DNA from: Bdellovibrionota bacterium
GTDB taxonomy: Bacteria > Bdellovibrionota_G > JALEGL01 > DATDPG01
DNA: 64,000 bases
Direction of reading: 5' to 3'
Assembly: GCA_963668355.1 (NCBI GenBank)
Contig: OY764265.1
Span: 2,496,001-2,560,000 of the forward strand
Below the pieces are notes generated by a model, which saw only the letters and a list, made by a program, of their open reading frames with translations, searched no databases and was not told the DNA's origin. A program made the translations under genes and the position numbers. How positions within the stretch are numbered: the stretch's first letter is position 1; every line of letters starts with the position of its first letter. This document shows positions 10,153 to 19,572 of this stretch, one piece after another.

Positions 10153-11352
10153 ATGGAACGAAGAGTTGATCAGGTAGCCATAGTGGGTCTTGGCCAAGGC
10201 GGGACTGCGATCTTAAACATGTTGCTGAAAATTCCTGGAATCCAGGTGAAGTATGCCTTTGACAACGACAAAAATGCTCTGGGAGTTGAGTCTGCCAAAA
10301 GCCATGGCATCCAATGCCGAACGGATGGAACGTTTGATGAATTGAAAAACGATTCCGAGGTGGATCTCATTTTCGAAGTCACAGGAAAAAAAGAAATTTT
10401 CGATGTTTTGAAAAAGGTTAAGCACCCCAGCACGAGTGTGCTCACGGCAAGTGCGGCGAAAATCATTTTTCATCTATTGGATACGCAGCGGCGGGCCTCA
10501 GATCGCTTGGAGGAATTGAAACGAACGTTGGAGACGCGAATCATTGAGCGGACGGAAGAAATTGAGCGTGCCAACTCCAGTTTGGAACAAAAAATTGTTG
10601 AGTATGAAGAACTCAATCAGAAGTTGTTGCAGTTAAATGAGGAAAAGACCCGTTATTTGCTCCATGCGACTCATCAATTGAAAGCTCCCTTCGCGGCCAT
10701 CCAAAGCTATGTGGATATCATCATGGAAGGGTATACCGGGGAGATCTCTGCTCAAACGCATGAAATCATGGGAAAAATCAAAACGCGATGCGAAGTCTTA
10801 TCCAATGCGATCAAAGACATGTTGGAATTGGCCAACATCAAGTCCACCGCACGGGAAAAGTTGGAAACCACTCCGGAATGCATGTGTGAGATCTTAGAGG
10901 AGGTTTCTCGCCCCTTGAAGGTTTTGGCGGAAAAGCGAAATGTCGAGATTGTGAAAGAGTGGGATGTGAAAGATTGTAAAGTGCGATGCAATCGGGGGCA
11001 GCTCTACATGTTGTTCGGCGTCCTGATTGAAAATGCCATTCATTATTCAGCGACTGGTTCGAAAATTCGCTTGCGTGTGAATCGAACCGAGGGATCTCAT
11101 TTAGCCATTTCCGTGAAAGATGATGGAATTGGGATCAAGGAAGATCACCTCAACCGGATTTTTGATGAATATTTTCGGTCCAATGAAGCCGTTAAAAAAA
11201 ACGAGAATGGCAGTGGCCTGGGCTTATCTATTGCCAAGGAGATCGCCAAGATTCACAACTTCCATTTGGAAGTACGAAGCAGGGTGGGAAAGGGAACGAC
11301 CTTTACGTTGACCGTTCCCATTTTAATCGAAAACGAAGGTACAACCGCCTAG
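10153..11352 (+). CDS. Soluble histidine kinase with an N-terminal Rossmann-like domain
   Basis: VAIVGLGQGG; coiled coil; H-box THQLKAP; ENAIHY, DDGIG and GSGLGL boxes; start probably ATG 10153. Confidence 0.9.
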   Translation: MERRVDQVAIVGLGQGGTAILNMLLKIPGIQVKYAFDNDKNALGVESAKSHGIQCRTDGTFDELKNDSEVDLIFEVTGKKEIFDVLKKVKHPSTSVLTASAAKIIFHLLDTQRRASDRLEELKRTLETRIIERTEEIERANSSLEQKIVEYEELNQKLLQLNEEKTRYLLHATHQLKAPFAAIQSYVDIIMEGYTGEISAQTHEIMGKIKTRCEVLSNAIKDMLELANIKSTAREKLETTPECMCEILEEVSRPLKVLAEKRNVEIVKEWDVKDCKVRCNRGQLYMLFGVLIENAIHYSATGSKIRLRVNRTEGSHLAISVKDDGIGIKEDHLNRIFDEYFRSNEAVKKNENGSGLGLSIAKEIAKIHNFHLEVRSRVGKGTTFTLTVPILIENEGTTA

Positions 11353-12407
11353 AACGTGAAGGTTCCTTTATTCATGATTTGTTTTCCATCCACGAAAATA
11401 GAAGGGGATCGAAGAACTCCGTCATTATGTGCTTTGCTGGACCAAGGAGCCCCCGTCTTATTGGGGTAGGGATCTCCTAGCGCCAAATGAATGCCTGGAA
11501 ATTTTTCATCTTGAAGAAGATTTCCGATCAAATCTTTTAAATTGATGTTCGTGCCGATCGCGAATTCTCCTAAGTAATGAGAATATTCGTCGGTACCGAA
11601 CGTATATTCCTCAAAATCTTTCTTAAGTTCGGGATTGTCGCATGTCACACTTCCTTCAACACATTTTCCGTCTTTCACGTCATAGGCCAGAGGTGTTTTT
11701 TCCAACTTCCCATATTTTTGATTGAAAAAGTCTCCCAGAACGCCATCCACAACCACATGACCGTTTGCAGAAAGGGGAGCGGTGTAGACTTCGCCATCAG
11801 GCAGGTTGCTCCACTTTGTGGTTCGAAGGTGGCCGTCGCTAATCATCCATTTTCGTTCAGGCGTAAAGGTAGCCGTTAAGTCGGTTCCGGCCGGGGTGGT
11901 GACCCGAATCTCTTTCGCTTTCACGACAATGTCATACACCTTCCGGCAAATGGCTTGAATTTCCTCGTAATTGGCTGCCATTCCTGTGCTCATCATTTCT
12001 TCAGAGAAGTTCGGCATATGGCCGTGGCGGATGCCGTTTTTTTCGACAATATCAATCATGGGCATTCGAAAACTATGAAGTTCACCCGGTTTCCCCCCAG
12101 CAATATAGAAACTGACATTCGCCTTTTCTAGGACATCTCCGATGGCTTTGGGGAATGGAAGGGGCTGACTTTTGTCTTCGGGCCTTTGGCCGAAGTCTTC
12201 CATGATGAATTGAGTTACCGAAGCCCCGATGTCGTTGGCCTCCTTTAATAAGGCATCTGCCAGTTTTTTGGTTTGCTCATCGGTGATGATCACGACTTTT
12301 TCGCCGGCTTTTACTTTGGCACAATTGAGGACGGCCTGTTTGGCACCTGCTTCGATTGCATTCATGGGCATTCTCCAATGTTGGGGTTGTTTTTTGTGGC
12401 CAGTCAA
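11349..12407 (-). CDS. Aminopeptidase, M29/thermophilic metalloprotease-like
   Basis: GTDLT, NLPDGEVYTAP, GEFAIGTN, DEKFPGIHLALG and AHND motifs; true start may be ~12365. Confidence 0.88.
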   Translation of the reverse strand: MTGHKKQPQHWRMPMNAIEAGAKQAVLNCAKVKAGEKVVIITDEQTKKLADALLKEANDIGASVTQFIMEDFGQRPEDKSQPLPFPKAIGDVLEKANVSFYIAGGKPGELHSFRMPMIDIVEKNGIRHGHMPNFSEEMMSTGMAANYEEIQAICRKVYDIVVKAKEIRVTTPAGTDLTATFTPERKWMISDGHLRTTKWSNLPDGEVYTAPLSANGHVVVDGVLGDFFNQKYGKLEKTPLAYDVKDGKCVEGSVTCDNPELKKDFEEYTFGTDEYSHYLGEFAIGTNINLKDLIGNLLQDEKFPGIHLALGDPYPNKTGAPWSSKAHNDGVLRSPSIFVDGKQIMNKGTFTF

Positions 12408-12447
12408 CTCCCTTGAAGCCGAAAGATCAAGGCGATTTCTCGAAAAC

Positions 12448-12463
12448 AGTGATTTGGATCACT
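12448..12463. promoter_or_regulatory. Palindromic FNR/CRP-like operator between the divergent aminopeptidase and MFS genes
   Basis: AGTGAT-ttgg-ATCACT, perfect 6-bp arms. Confidence 0.45.
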
Positions 12464-12568
12464 TAATATTTTGTTAACCGGGTTTAGGCTTGCAACCGTC
12501 GGTTGACGTGATACGACCGGCAAAATTCTTGAGATAAAGCGGTTGAATCGGACAGAGGAGAGTAGAAG

Positions 12569-13861
12569 ATGACACAAAAACGAACACCGTACCCAGGTGT
12601 TTTTTGGGTAGCCAATACCATCGAGATTCTCGAACGGTTTGCGTACTACGGGATTTATTTTGGGTTTGGAATTTACATGGAGAGCTTGGGATTTGCTCGA
12701 GGAGAACTGGGCATTGTCCAAAGTATTTTCCTTTTGGTTTCGTATACGATGCCGGTGATCTCCGGAACCCTCGCGGATAAATATGGTTTTAAGAAGATGT
12801 TGATCATTTCCTATCTGGCCTATTTACCAACCATTCTTCTCCTTCAAGTGACGAAATCATTTGGGGGCATTGTTACGACGATGCTTTTGATTGGACTCGC
12901 AGCGGGTTTCTTCAAGCCTTTAATTGCTGGAACCGTTCGAGCCGTCACCGACTCCTCAAACAAAACCATGGGTTTCGGCATTTTCTATATGATGGTCAAT
13001 GTAGGCGCTTCATTTGGTCCCATTGTGGCCGGAAAACTCCGAGCCATTTCTTGGAACTATGCCTTTGGTGCAGCAGCCATCGGAATCATCGTGATGTTGT
13101 TCATCACCATCTTCTTTTACAAAGAGCCTCCTCGAGAACCCTCGAATGAAACCCTGGGACAGAAGCTTAAAGAAATTGGCGTGGTTCTTTCGGATGTGAA
13201 GTTTTCGGTTTTCTTACTTCTTTTGGGCCTCCTCTTTTGGTTGCCCTTTTGGGCGTTCTTCAACATCTGCGCCATTTATGTGGATAAAAACATAGACACT
13301 GCGGCGCTTTATCATACGATTGCAGCCATTCCTTTGGCGGGAACGTGGTTGGCTAATTTCTTGTCGCATGAAGAGGATGGCGTTCGAAAAATATTGGGTG
13401 AGACCATTGCCCACACGGGATACATCATTCTTGTCTTTCAGTTTTTTGTTTCCAAGAGTGTGGAAAAATTCAAAGCCATGCCGTCCTTTATGTTTGGTTT
13501 ATTCGTATCAGCCATAGGATTCCTGGTCTTGGGATTGGCTGCCAAGGGAGCAGCTTCCTTGGCGTTCTTGGGAATTTTTCTTTTTGCTGTGGGCGAGATG
13601 ATCTCGTCTCCACGAATTCAGGAATACATCACCTGGATGGCGCCCAAAGAAAAAGCTGGCCTTTATATGGGAACCAACTTTCTGGCGACAGCTGTCGCGG
13701 GGCTGACGAGTGGTTTCTACACACGTTTCTATTACTATTTTCGGGATGGCGGAAATGCCGAATACATCTGGTACATCTTGGCCGGGCATATGATTTTGGC
13801 GATCGTCATTTTTATCGCCTTTGGAAAGATTGCAGGCTCGTTTGAAGAGCAAGAGTCTTAA
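12569..13861 (+). CDS. MFS transporter, POT/PTR peptide-transporter-like
   Basis: EILERFAYYG (ExxERFxYY), GTLADKYG, FYMMVNVG; about 12 TM helices. Confidence 0.9.
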   Translation: MTQKRTPYPGVFWVANTIEILERFAYYGIYFGFGIYMESLGFARGELGIVQSIFLLVSYTMPVISGTLADKYGFKKMLIISYLAYLPTILLLQVTKSFGGIVTTMLLIGLAAGFFKPLIAGTVRAVTDSSNKTMGFGIFYMMVNVGASFGPIVAGKLRAISWNYAFGAAAIGIIVMLFITIFFYKEPPREPSNETLGQKLKEIGVVLSDVKFSVFLLLLGLLFWLPFWAFFNICAIYVDKNIDTAALYHTIAAIPLAGTWLANFLSHEEDGVRKILGETIAHTGYIILVFQFFVSKSVEKFKAMPSFMFGLFVSAIGFLVLGLAAKGAASLAFLGIFLFAVGEMISSPRIQEYITWMAPKEKAGLYMGTNFLATAVAGLTSGFYTRFYYYFRDGGNAEYIWYILAGHMILAIVIFIAFGKIAGSFEEQES

Positions 13862-13882
13862 CCCAAAGGTCTAACTCTTGGT

Positions 13883-13923
13883 GGAAAAGCGGGGCGGCTT
13901 TTGCTCGCTCCGCTTTTCCTTTA
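13883..13923 (+). terminator. Intrinsic terminator after the MFS gene
   Basis: GGAAAAGCGGGGCG...CGCTCCGCTTTTCC hairpin followed by TTT. Confidence 0.6.
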
Positions 13924-13933
13924 TAAGACCTCC

Positions 13934-14530
13934 ATGACAAATTTTTGGGATGAACGCTTTTCGGAGCCCGGTTACGCCTACGGGAAGGAACCAAATGAGT
14001 TTTTAAGAAGTGTCTCCAGCAAGTTACCCAAGGGGAAAACACTTTCCCTTGCCGAGGGAGAAGGAAGAAATGCCGTATTTTTATCTTCTTTAGGGCATAG
14101 CGTAACAGCTGTGGACCAGTCTTCCGTCGGATTGAAGAAGGCAATCGCATTGGCCGAAGAGCGGGGAGTTTCCCTTCAAACGATTCAATCGGACTTGTCT
14201 GACTTTATCATTGAAGCCAATCAATGGGATTCAGCGGTGTTGTTTTTTGGTCATTTTTCGCCAGAACTTCGCCGGTCCATTCACGAACAAGTTGTTTGTG
14301 GGTTAAAAAAGGGTGGTTCCTTTGTTATGGAGTGTTTTTCCAAAGGCCAACTGGGAAGGGGGACCGGGGGCCCACAGGAATTGGCCAAACTTTACGACGA
14401 AAACGATTTGCGGGAAGACCTTCGAGGGATGGAATTTGAAATCTGTCGGACCGTGGTCCGTCAAATCCATCAAGGCAAACACCATGGTGGAGAGGCCGAA
14501 GTGATTCAAATTCTGGCTTGGCGCCGATAG
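13934..14530 (+). CDS. Class I SAM-dependent methyltransferase
   Basis: FWDERF...YGKEPNEFL, LSLAEGEGRNA and GTGGP motifs; start ATG 13934. Confidence 0.9.
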   Translation: MTNFWDERFSEPGYAYGKEPNEFLRSVSSKLPKGKTLSLAEGEGRNAVFLSSLGHSVTAVDQSSVGLKKAIALAEERGVSLQTIQSDLSDFIIEANQWDSAVLFFGHFSPELRRSIHEQVVCGLKKGGSFVMECFSKGQLGRGTGGPQELAKLYDENDLREDLRGMEFEICRTVVRQIHQGKHHGGEAEVIQILAWRR

Positions 14531-14531
14531 A

Positions 14532-17249
14532 CTATTGCAAGTTGGTTAGGAAAATCCCTGCGTCGCTGGTCCCCACATATTGGAATCCATCTGATCGATC
14601 CAAAATGAGCGTGGCACGCAGGCTCGGCAATAGGGGCGTGTTTCGATCAGATAGCCGGTCGTAGATCTGCTTGTCTTTGAGTACAAAATGGTGGAGCGAC
14701 GCGGTTTCTTCCCACCAAAGTGAAGGATAGCTTGAAAACCAAACTCCCCCTTCTTTGTCAGGAGAAAACAACTTTATAGGTCCGGTAAGGATAACGGGAA
14801 GTGAAGGAATTTCGGTCGTGTGATGGGATTCTTTGGTAAGACACGTAATATTGTCAAAGCCATTGGTATCGCTAAGAGTGGAATAAAACACCCAGAGATC
14901 CCCATTGGAACTCTTTTGGAGACCTCTGATTCTGGCTGGGGCTTCGGCGAGGAGAACTCTTAGTCCTTCGGGTGTTGGTGTGTTCGGGTCGATCTTGTAC
15001 AACTCTTCGTGGCTTAAGAGCCAAATCGAACCAAAATCATCTTTTATGATATTTGTGATTCCGGGAATATGTTCCCCCTCTTGGGTTAAGATCTCCTGAA
15101 CTTGAAATTGGCCGTCCTGATCGAATAAAAGATATAAACGACCGTTTCCGGCGAGGATAAATTTTTGGCTGGACCATTCGACAATTTTTCCAAAACCGGA
15201 AAGCTCCGGGAAGTCATGAGTAGATACTCTTGAAAACTCATCTAAATTCGAGGCCAACGTGATTCGGTGGACCTGATCGGAACCCGCGAGCCAAACATAT
15301 CCTCGGTCATCTTCCAGAATGTCCTGGGGTTGTTTGTAAGCATTGGTGGGGTCAAAAACAAAGGGTTCAAACGAATTGGAGTTTGAAAGACGAATGTAAG
15401 CTCCTGCAGCTGTAAGGACCCAAAGATTTCTCATATGGTCCAAGTGAATTTTTTTGACCCTTTTCGAAGCATAGCCAATTCCTTCCAGGTGATTCTTGAT
15501 GGTTCCGTTGGTTAAGTTGATTTGACTTAAGCCAAAGGTGGTTCCGACCCATAGAGACTCCGAATTCTCTTCTACGGCCGCAGTAACATCATTAGAGGGA
15601 AGTGAAAACGGTGAGTGGATGTGTTGAATGATGGGGACTTCATTTCCACTTAAGTCGACTTTGGATAATCCCTGGCTTCCCGAAAACCAAACGGCATTAT
15701 TTATGGAGTCAAACGAGGGGTGAGTTAGGAGTGCGTCTTCCAGATCTTCCTCAGTCATTATTCCCGAAAAAGAAGAGTCTGCGGGGTTGAAAATGTATGA
15801 TCGTCTCCCACTTAAAAATAAAGAACCATTTGGGAGAAGAAGGAAGTCTGATATCCAAGGGCTTGTTTCCCAATGATTCACGCTCAAGTTTTCGAGAGAG
15901 TCATCTGACATTTGGAGTTGCCATAAACCCTCAGCCTGGAGGGCATAGGTTAGGTGGTCATTGATGCTGATCAGTCCATTGATGGGCTTCGGATTCATCA
16001 AATAGGGGTTTACGTTGGTAGAAAACGTCGATGGATCAGATAAATCGTTCGGATTTAGGAGAACGAGTCCACTTTCGGTTCCGAGCCAAGCCATATTGTT
16101 CGGGGCTGGCTCAATTTGGGTTGCGTTTAAGATGTAGAAATTGTTTTGAGTGCTGCTCATAAGATAGAAGCCGCGTGAGATATCCCCTTCAGGCAAGAAG
16201 AACGGCCCCCTTGTCGTTGCAAAAAATAGTCCGGCGTCATTCTCAAGAAAATCTCGCATTTCACCGGGTCTCAATCGAGTTTCTCGATACGGAATCTTGA
16301 TGGGGACAGCGCCATTTTCTTCGTCGATGAACGAAGCTAAGTCTCGAACCAGGGGATACCGAATGGTTTCTGGGTCTCCGCCTTCAACGTCATCAATGAA
16401 GCGGACGTTTTGTGCATGTTTGTCGTGAATCATGCATGAAAATGCGTTGGGAAGACCAATCCAAAGCCTTTCACGAGAATCCAAAAAGATTTTTTTCAGA
16501 TATTGACCGGTAAATCCGTTTTGAACTCCAAAGGTTGAGATGGTCAACTTATTTTGAACCCATTCCAAATATCCAATGCCGGTTTGTCCCGCCACATATA
16601 CTTCATTTTCATTTTTCACTGCCAAGCTGGAATAGGGCGCCGCAGGAAGACCTTGTTTGGAGTTGAGAATGGTGGGTCTTAGCGTCGTGTCTCCTTGGGG
16701 ATAAATGTAAAGCGCATCTTGGGCCGCCACAAATAGTCCCCTTGAAGTGCTCTGAATGTCATGGATATTATCTGGAAATAGCTTTCTCCACATGACCACC
16801 TTTTCTTCGATGCCGTGGGTGGATTGGAGGCCTTCCAGCCAAAGTCGGACCAGGTCACCTTCTCGAACACCAGAAATCGAAAACTCAAATGAACCATTTC
16901 CTGCGACTTTTCCGCAGTTGCGTACGCCGATCAGAGATTGGTTCTTTAACCCCTGAGCGCAAACGCGTTGACTGGCAAAGTTTCGGTGAACCGATGCGGG
17001 AAGGCCCACAACAGAGGCTTCCTCTGTGTTGGCTCGAAGCAGTTGGACCATGATGAGATTCGGAGAAAAAACCTCGGCCTCCAAGTCTCCAATATCGGAA
17101 GAAGTATCTACATTCCCGAGATCTTGAAGCTCTGTGGAGGAGCGTTCTCCTGAAGTCGGAATGGTGGAGGTTTTGTTACACGCCGAAAAAAGAGAAAAAC
17201 AAAGGAAGATCGAAAGCGCGAGGGCGAGGCGTGGAAAAAATCCCATCAT
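14532..17249 (-). CDS. Large lipoprotein with Reg_prop-type beta-propeller repeats and no kinase domain
   Basis: FSAC lipobox; repeated DxxGxLWxG-like units (DSRERLWIG, DDRGYVWLAG, LPSNDV). Confidence 0.75.
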   Translation of the reverse strand: MMGFFPRLALALSIFLCFSLFSACNKTSTIPTSGERSSTELQDLGNVDTSSDIGDLEAEVFSPNLIMVQLLRANTEEASVVGLPASVHRNFASQRVCAQGLKNQSLIGVRNCGKVAGNGSFEFSISGVREGDLVRLWLEGLQSTHGIEEKVVMWRKLFPDNIHDIQSTSRGLFVAAQDALYIYPQGDTTLRPTILNSKQGLPAAPYSSLAVKNENEVYVAGQTGIGYLEWVQNKLTISTFGVQNGFTGQYLKKIFLDSRERLWIGLPNAFSCMIHDKHAQNVRFIDDVEGGDPETIRYPLVRDLASFIDEENGAVPIKIPYRETRLRPGEMRDFLENDAGLFFATTRGPFFLPEGDISRGFYLMSSTQNNFYILNATQIEPAPNNMAWLGTESGLVLLNPNDLSDPSTFSTNVNPYLMNPKPINGLISINDHLTYALQAEGLWQLQMSDDSLENLSVNHWETSPWISDFLLLPNGSLFLSGRRSYIFNPADSSFSGIMTEEDLEDALLTHPSFDSINNAVWFSGSQGLSKVDLSGNEVPIIQHIHSPFSLPSNDVTAAVEENSESLWVGTTFGLSQINLTNGTIKNHLEGIGYASKRVKKIHLDHMRNLWVLTAAGAYIRLSNSNSFEPFVFDPTNAYKQPQDILEDDRGYVWLAGSDQVHRITLASNLDEFSRVSTHDFPELSGFGKIVEWSSQKFILAGNGRLYLLFDQDGQFQVQEILTQEGEHIPGITNIIKDDFGSIWLLSHEELYKIDPNTPTPEGLRVLLAEAPARIRGLQKSSNGDLWVFYSTLSDTNGFDNITCLTKESHHTTEIPSLPVILTGPIKLFSPDKEGGVWFSSYPSLWWEETASLHHFVLKDKQIYDRLSDRNTPLLPSLRATLILDRSDGFQYVGTSDAGIFLTNLQ

Positions 17250-17262
17250 GCTTTTTCATTTT

Positions 17263-17278
17263 AGCACAGGGTATGCCA
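17263..17278 (-). promoter_or_regulatory. Sigma-54 promoter of the propeller lipoprotein
   Basis: TGGCATACCCTGTGCT, GG-N10-GC. Confidence 0.5.
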
Positions 17279-17418
17279 TAAAATAACGAAAAAAGAACAT
17301 AAAAAGGCCTTAAATAACAATAAGAAGCAAAAAAAAGAAAAAACTAAGATAGAAACTTGAACAAAAGTAGCACATAAAAGGAAACAAAAGGTTACAGGTC
17401 GCCAATCGGTTTTTTCTT

Positions 17419-18477
17419 ATGTATGTTTTCCGGCTTATGAAAAGGCCAATACCAGTCAAAGCAACCCCTCAACTGAATGCCATTTGGAAAAAGGGACAAG
17501 AGTTTTTAGGCTCAGAACTTCCCATCATGTGCGGAGCGATGACCTGGATCAGCGATCCGGATCTGGTCTCCCTCGTGAGCAATCTTGGGGGGTTTGGGAT
17601 TCTGGCCGGGGGAAATATGCCGCCCGAGCTATTCCATGAATACGTAAAAAAAACCAAGGAACTGACAGATCGTCCGTTTGCGGGAAATGTCATTACGATT
17701 GCCCCGAATTATAAGGCCCATTTGGACACGCTTTGCGAGGAACAAGTCGGGCATGTGGTTTTTGCCGGCTCACTTCCCAGGGCGGCAGATATTCGTAAGG
17801 CCAAAGCCAGCGGGGCCAAGGTGATTTGTTTTGCGTCTACAGCCAGCATGGCCAAGAGGTTGATCGAATGGGGGACGGACGCGCTGATTTTGGAAGGAAG
17901 TGAGGCCGGGGGGCATGTGGGGCATGTATCGACTGTGGTCTTGTTGCAGAACATCTTATTTCATTATTCCGATATTCCCATTTTCGTAGCGGGGGGCGTC
18001 GCAACCGGAAAGATGATTGGACACCTTCTTTTGATGGGCGCCTCGGGGGCCCAGTTGGGGACCAAATTTGTGTTGGCGGAAGAGTGTAATGTTCATCCAA
18101 AATTCAAAGAAGTATTTATCAAAGCCCGTTCGCGCGAGGCAATTTCTACCCCTCAGTACAGTTCAAAGCTTCCCGTCGTGGCTGTGCGCGCTCTAAAGAA
18201 CATAGCCATGGATAAATTTGGAGAACTCCAAATGGAGTTGTTGGAAAAACTCAAAAATGAGGAAATCACGCGTCAGGAAGCCCAGATCAAGGTCGAAGAG
18301 TATTGGGTCGGATCTCTGAGAGATGCGGTTGTGGAGGGAAACGTGGAGAAGGGTTCACTGATGGCCGGACAATGTGTTGGTCTGGTGGACAAGATTCAAC
18401 CAATGCGGGAGATTCTTCAAGAATTGGTCGACGATGCCGACAAAGCCCTCACGGATGTCAAGCATATGCTCAAATGA
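17419..18477 (+). CDS. FabK/nitronate monooxygenase family flavoprotein
   Basis: GAMTWIS, EGSEAGGH, VAGGVATG, QLGTKF and GSLMAGQ motifs. Confidence 0.9.
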   Translation: MYVFRLMKRPIPVKATPQLNAIWKKGQEFLGSELPIMCGAMTWISDPDLVSLVSNLGGFGILAGGNMPPELFHEYVKKTKELTDRPFAGNVITIAPNYKAHLDTLCEEQVGHVVFAGSLPRAADIRKAKASGAKVICFASTASMAKRLIEWGTDALILEGSEAGGHVGHVSTVVLLQNILFHYSDIPIFVAGGVATGKMIGHLLLMGASGAQLGTKFVLAEECNVHPKFKEVFIKARSREAISTPQYSSKLPVVAVRALKNIAMDKFGELQMELLEKLKNEEITRQEAQIKVEEYWVGSLRDAVVEGNVEKGSLMAGQCVGLVDKIQPMREILQELVDDADKALTDVKHMLK

Positions 18478-18492
18478 GGAATTGTTTCTTTC

Positions 18493-19569
18493 ATGAAAAA
18501 ACGAATCCAGAAGATTACTCCTCGGTTTTTTCGAAAAATTTCACATAAGAAGGGATTGCCTCCGGGAGCTTTGGTTCATGTAGGTGAGGCAAAGGTCGAA
18601 GAGGTCAAACTGTGGTTGATTTCCTTCGATGAGCAGAGCTTTTCTGAAAAAGAAGTCTCTTTTTCCGATTTGTCTGAGGGGAATCAAAACATATCCTGGG
18701 TAAACATAAATGGTTTGCATGACACCTCTGCCATCAAAGAGATTGGAAATGTTTATGATCTTCATCCCTTGGTTTTGGAGGACATTGTCAATACGGCTCA
18801 TCGACCCAAAATCGAATTTTTTGAGAATTATATCTATCTCGTGATCAAGATGCTTTCGTACGAACCCGAAAGAGGCTTGATTTCAGAGCAAGTGAGCTTT
18901 GTCTGTGGCTCGAATTACGTTCTTTCTTTTCAAGAACGTGAAGGAGATGTTTTTGAAGGAATAAGAGAACGTCTTCGGAAGGGCACAACCAAAATCAGAT
19001 CCAAGGGAGCCGATTATCTCTTTTATGCCTTGGTTGATGCGGTGGTGGATCACTACTTTGCGGTTCTCGAAGGACTGGGAGAGCGACTCGAACAATTGGA
19101 AGAGGATGTGGATTTTCGACCGGATGAGAAAGTGGGAAATCTGCTTTACGACCTTCGACGAAATGTACTATTCGTTCGAAAATCCATCTTGCCGGTCAGA
19201 GAATTGCTCGGACATTTGGAACGAGAAGAGTCCAAGCTCGTTTCCGGGGACTTGAAACCCTATTGGCGAGACATTTACGATCACGTCATACAGATCACCG
19301 ATGGTGTGGAAGCCCTTCGAGAGTTGACGTCCAGCATTCGTGAGATGTTGATGACACAATTGAGTAATCGAATGAACAATGTCATGAAGGTCCTCACAAT
19401 CATTGCGACCATATTCATTCCCATTACCTTTTTAGCGGGGGTTTACGGCATGAATTTTAAGCACATGCCCGAATTGGAATGGACATACGGTTACCTTGTT
19501 ATTTGGATCGTTTTTGTGGGAATGACCCTCGGTCTGATCCTCTTTTTTCGAAAAAAGAAGTGGCTCTAA
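18493..19569 (+). CDS. corA: Magnesium/cobalt transporter CorA
   Basis: LHPLVLEDI, YGMNF and MPEL signatures; two C-terminal TM helices. Confidence 0.96.
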   Translation: MKKRIQKITPRFFRKISHKKGLPPGALVHVGEAKVEEVKLWLISFDEQSFSEKEVSFSDLSEGNQNISWVNINGLHDTSAIKEIGNVYDLHPLVLEDIVNTAHRPKIEFFENYIYLVIKMLSYEPERGLISEQVSFVCGSNYVLSFQEREGDVFEGIRERLRKGTTKIRSKGADYLFYALVDAVVDHYFAVLEGLGERLEQLEEDVDFRPDEKVGNLLYDLRRNVLFVRKSILPVRELLGHLEREESKLVSGDLKPYWRDIYDHVIQITDGVEALRELTSSIREMLMTQLSNRMNNVMKVLTIIATIFIPITFLAGVYGMNFKHMPELEWTYGYLVIWIVFVGMTLGLILFFRKKKWL

Positions 19570-19572
19570 ACA

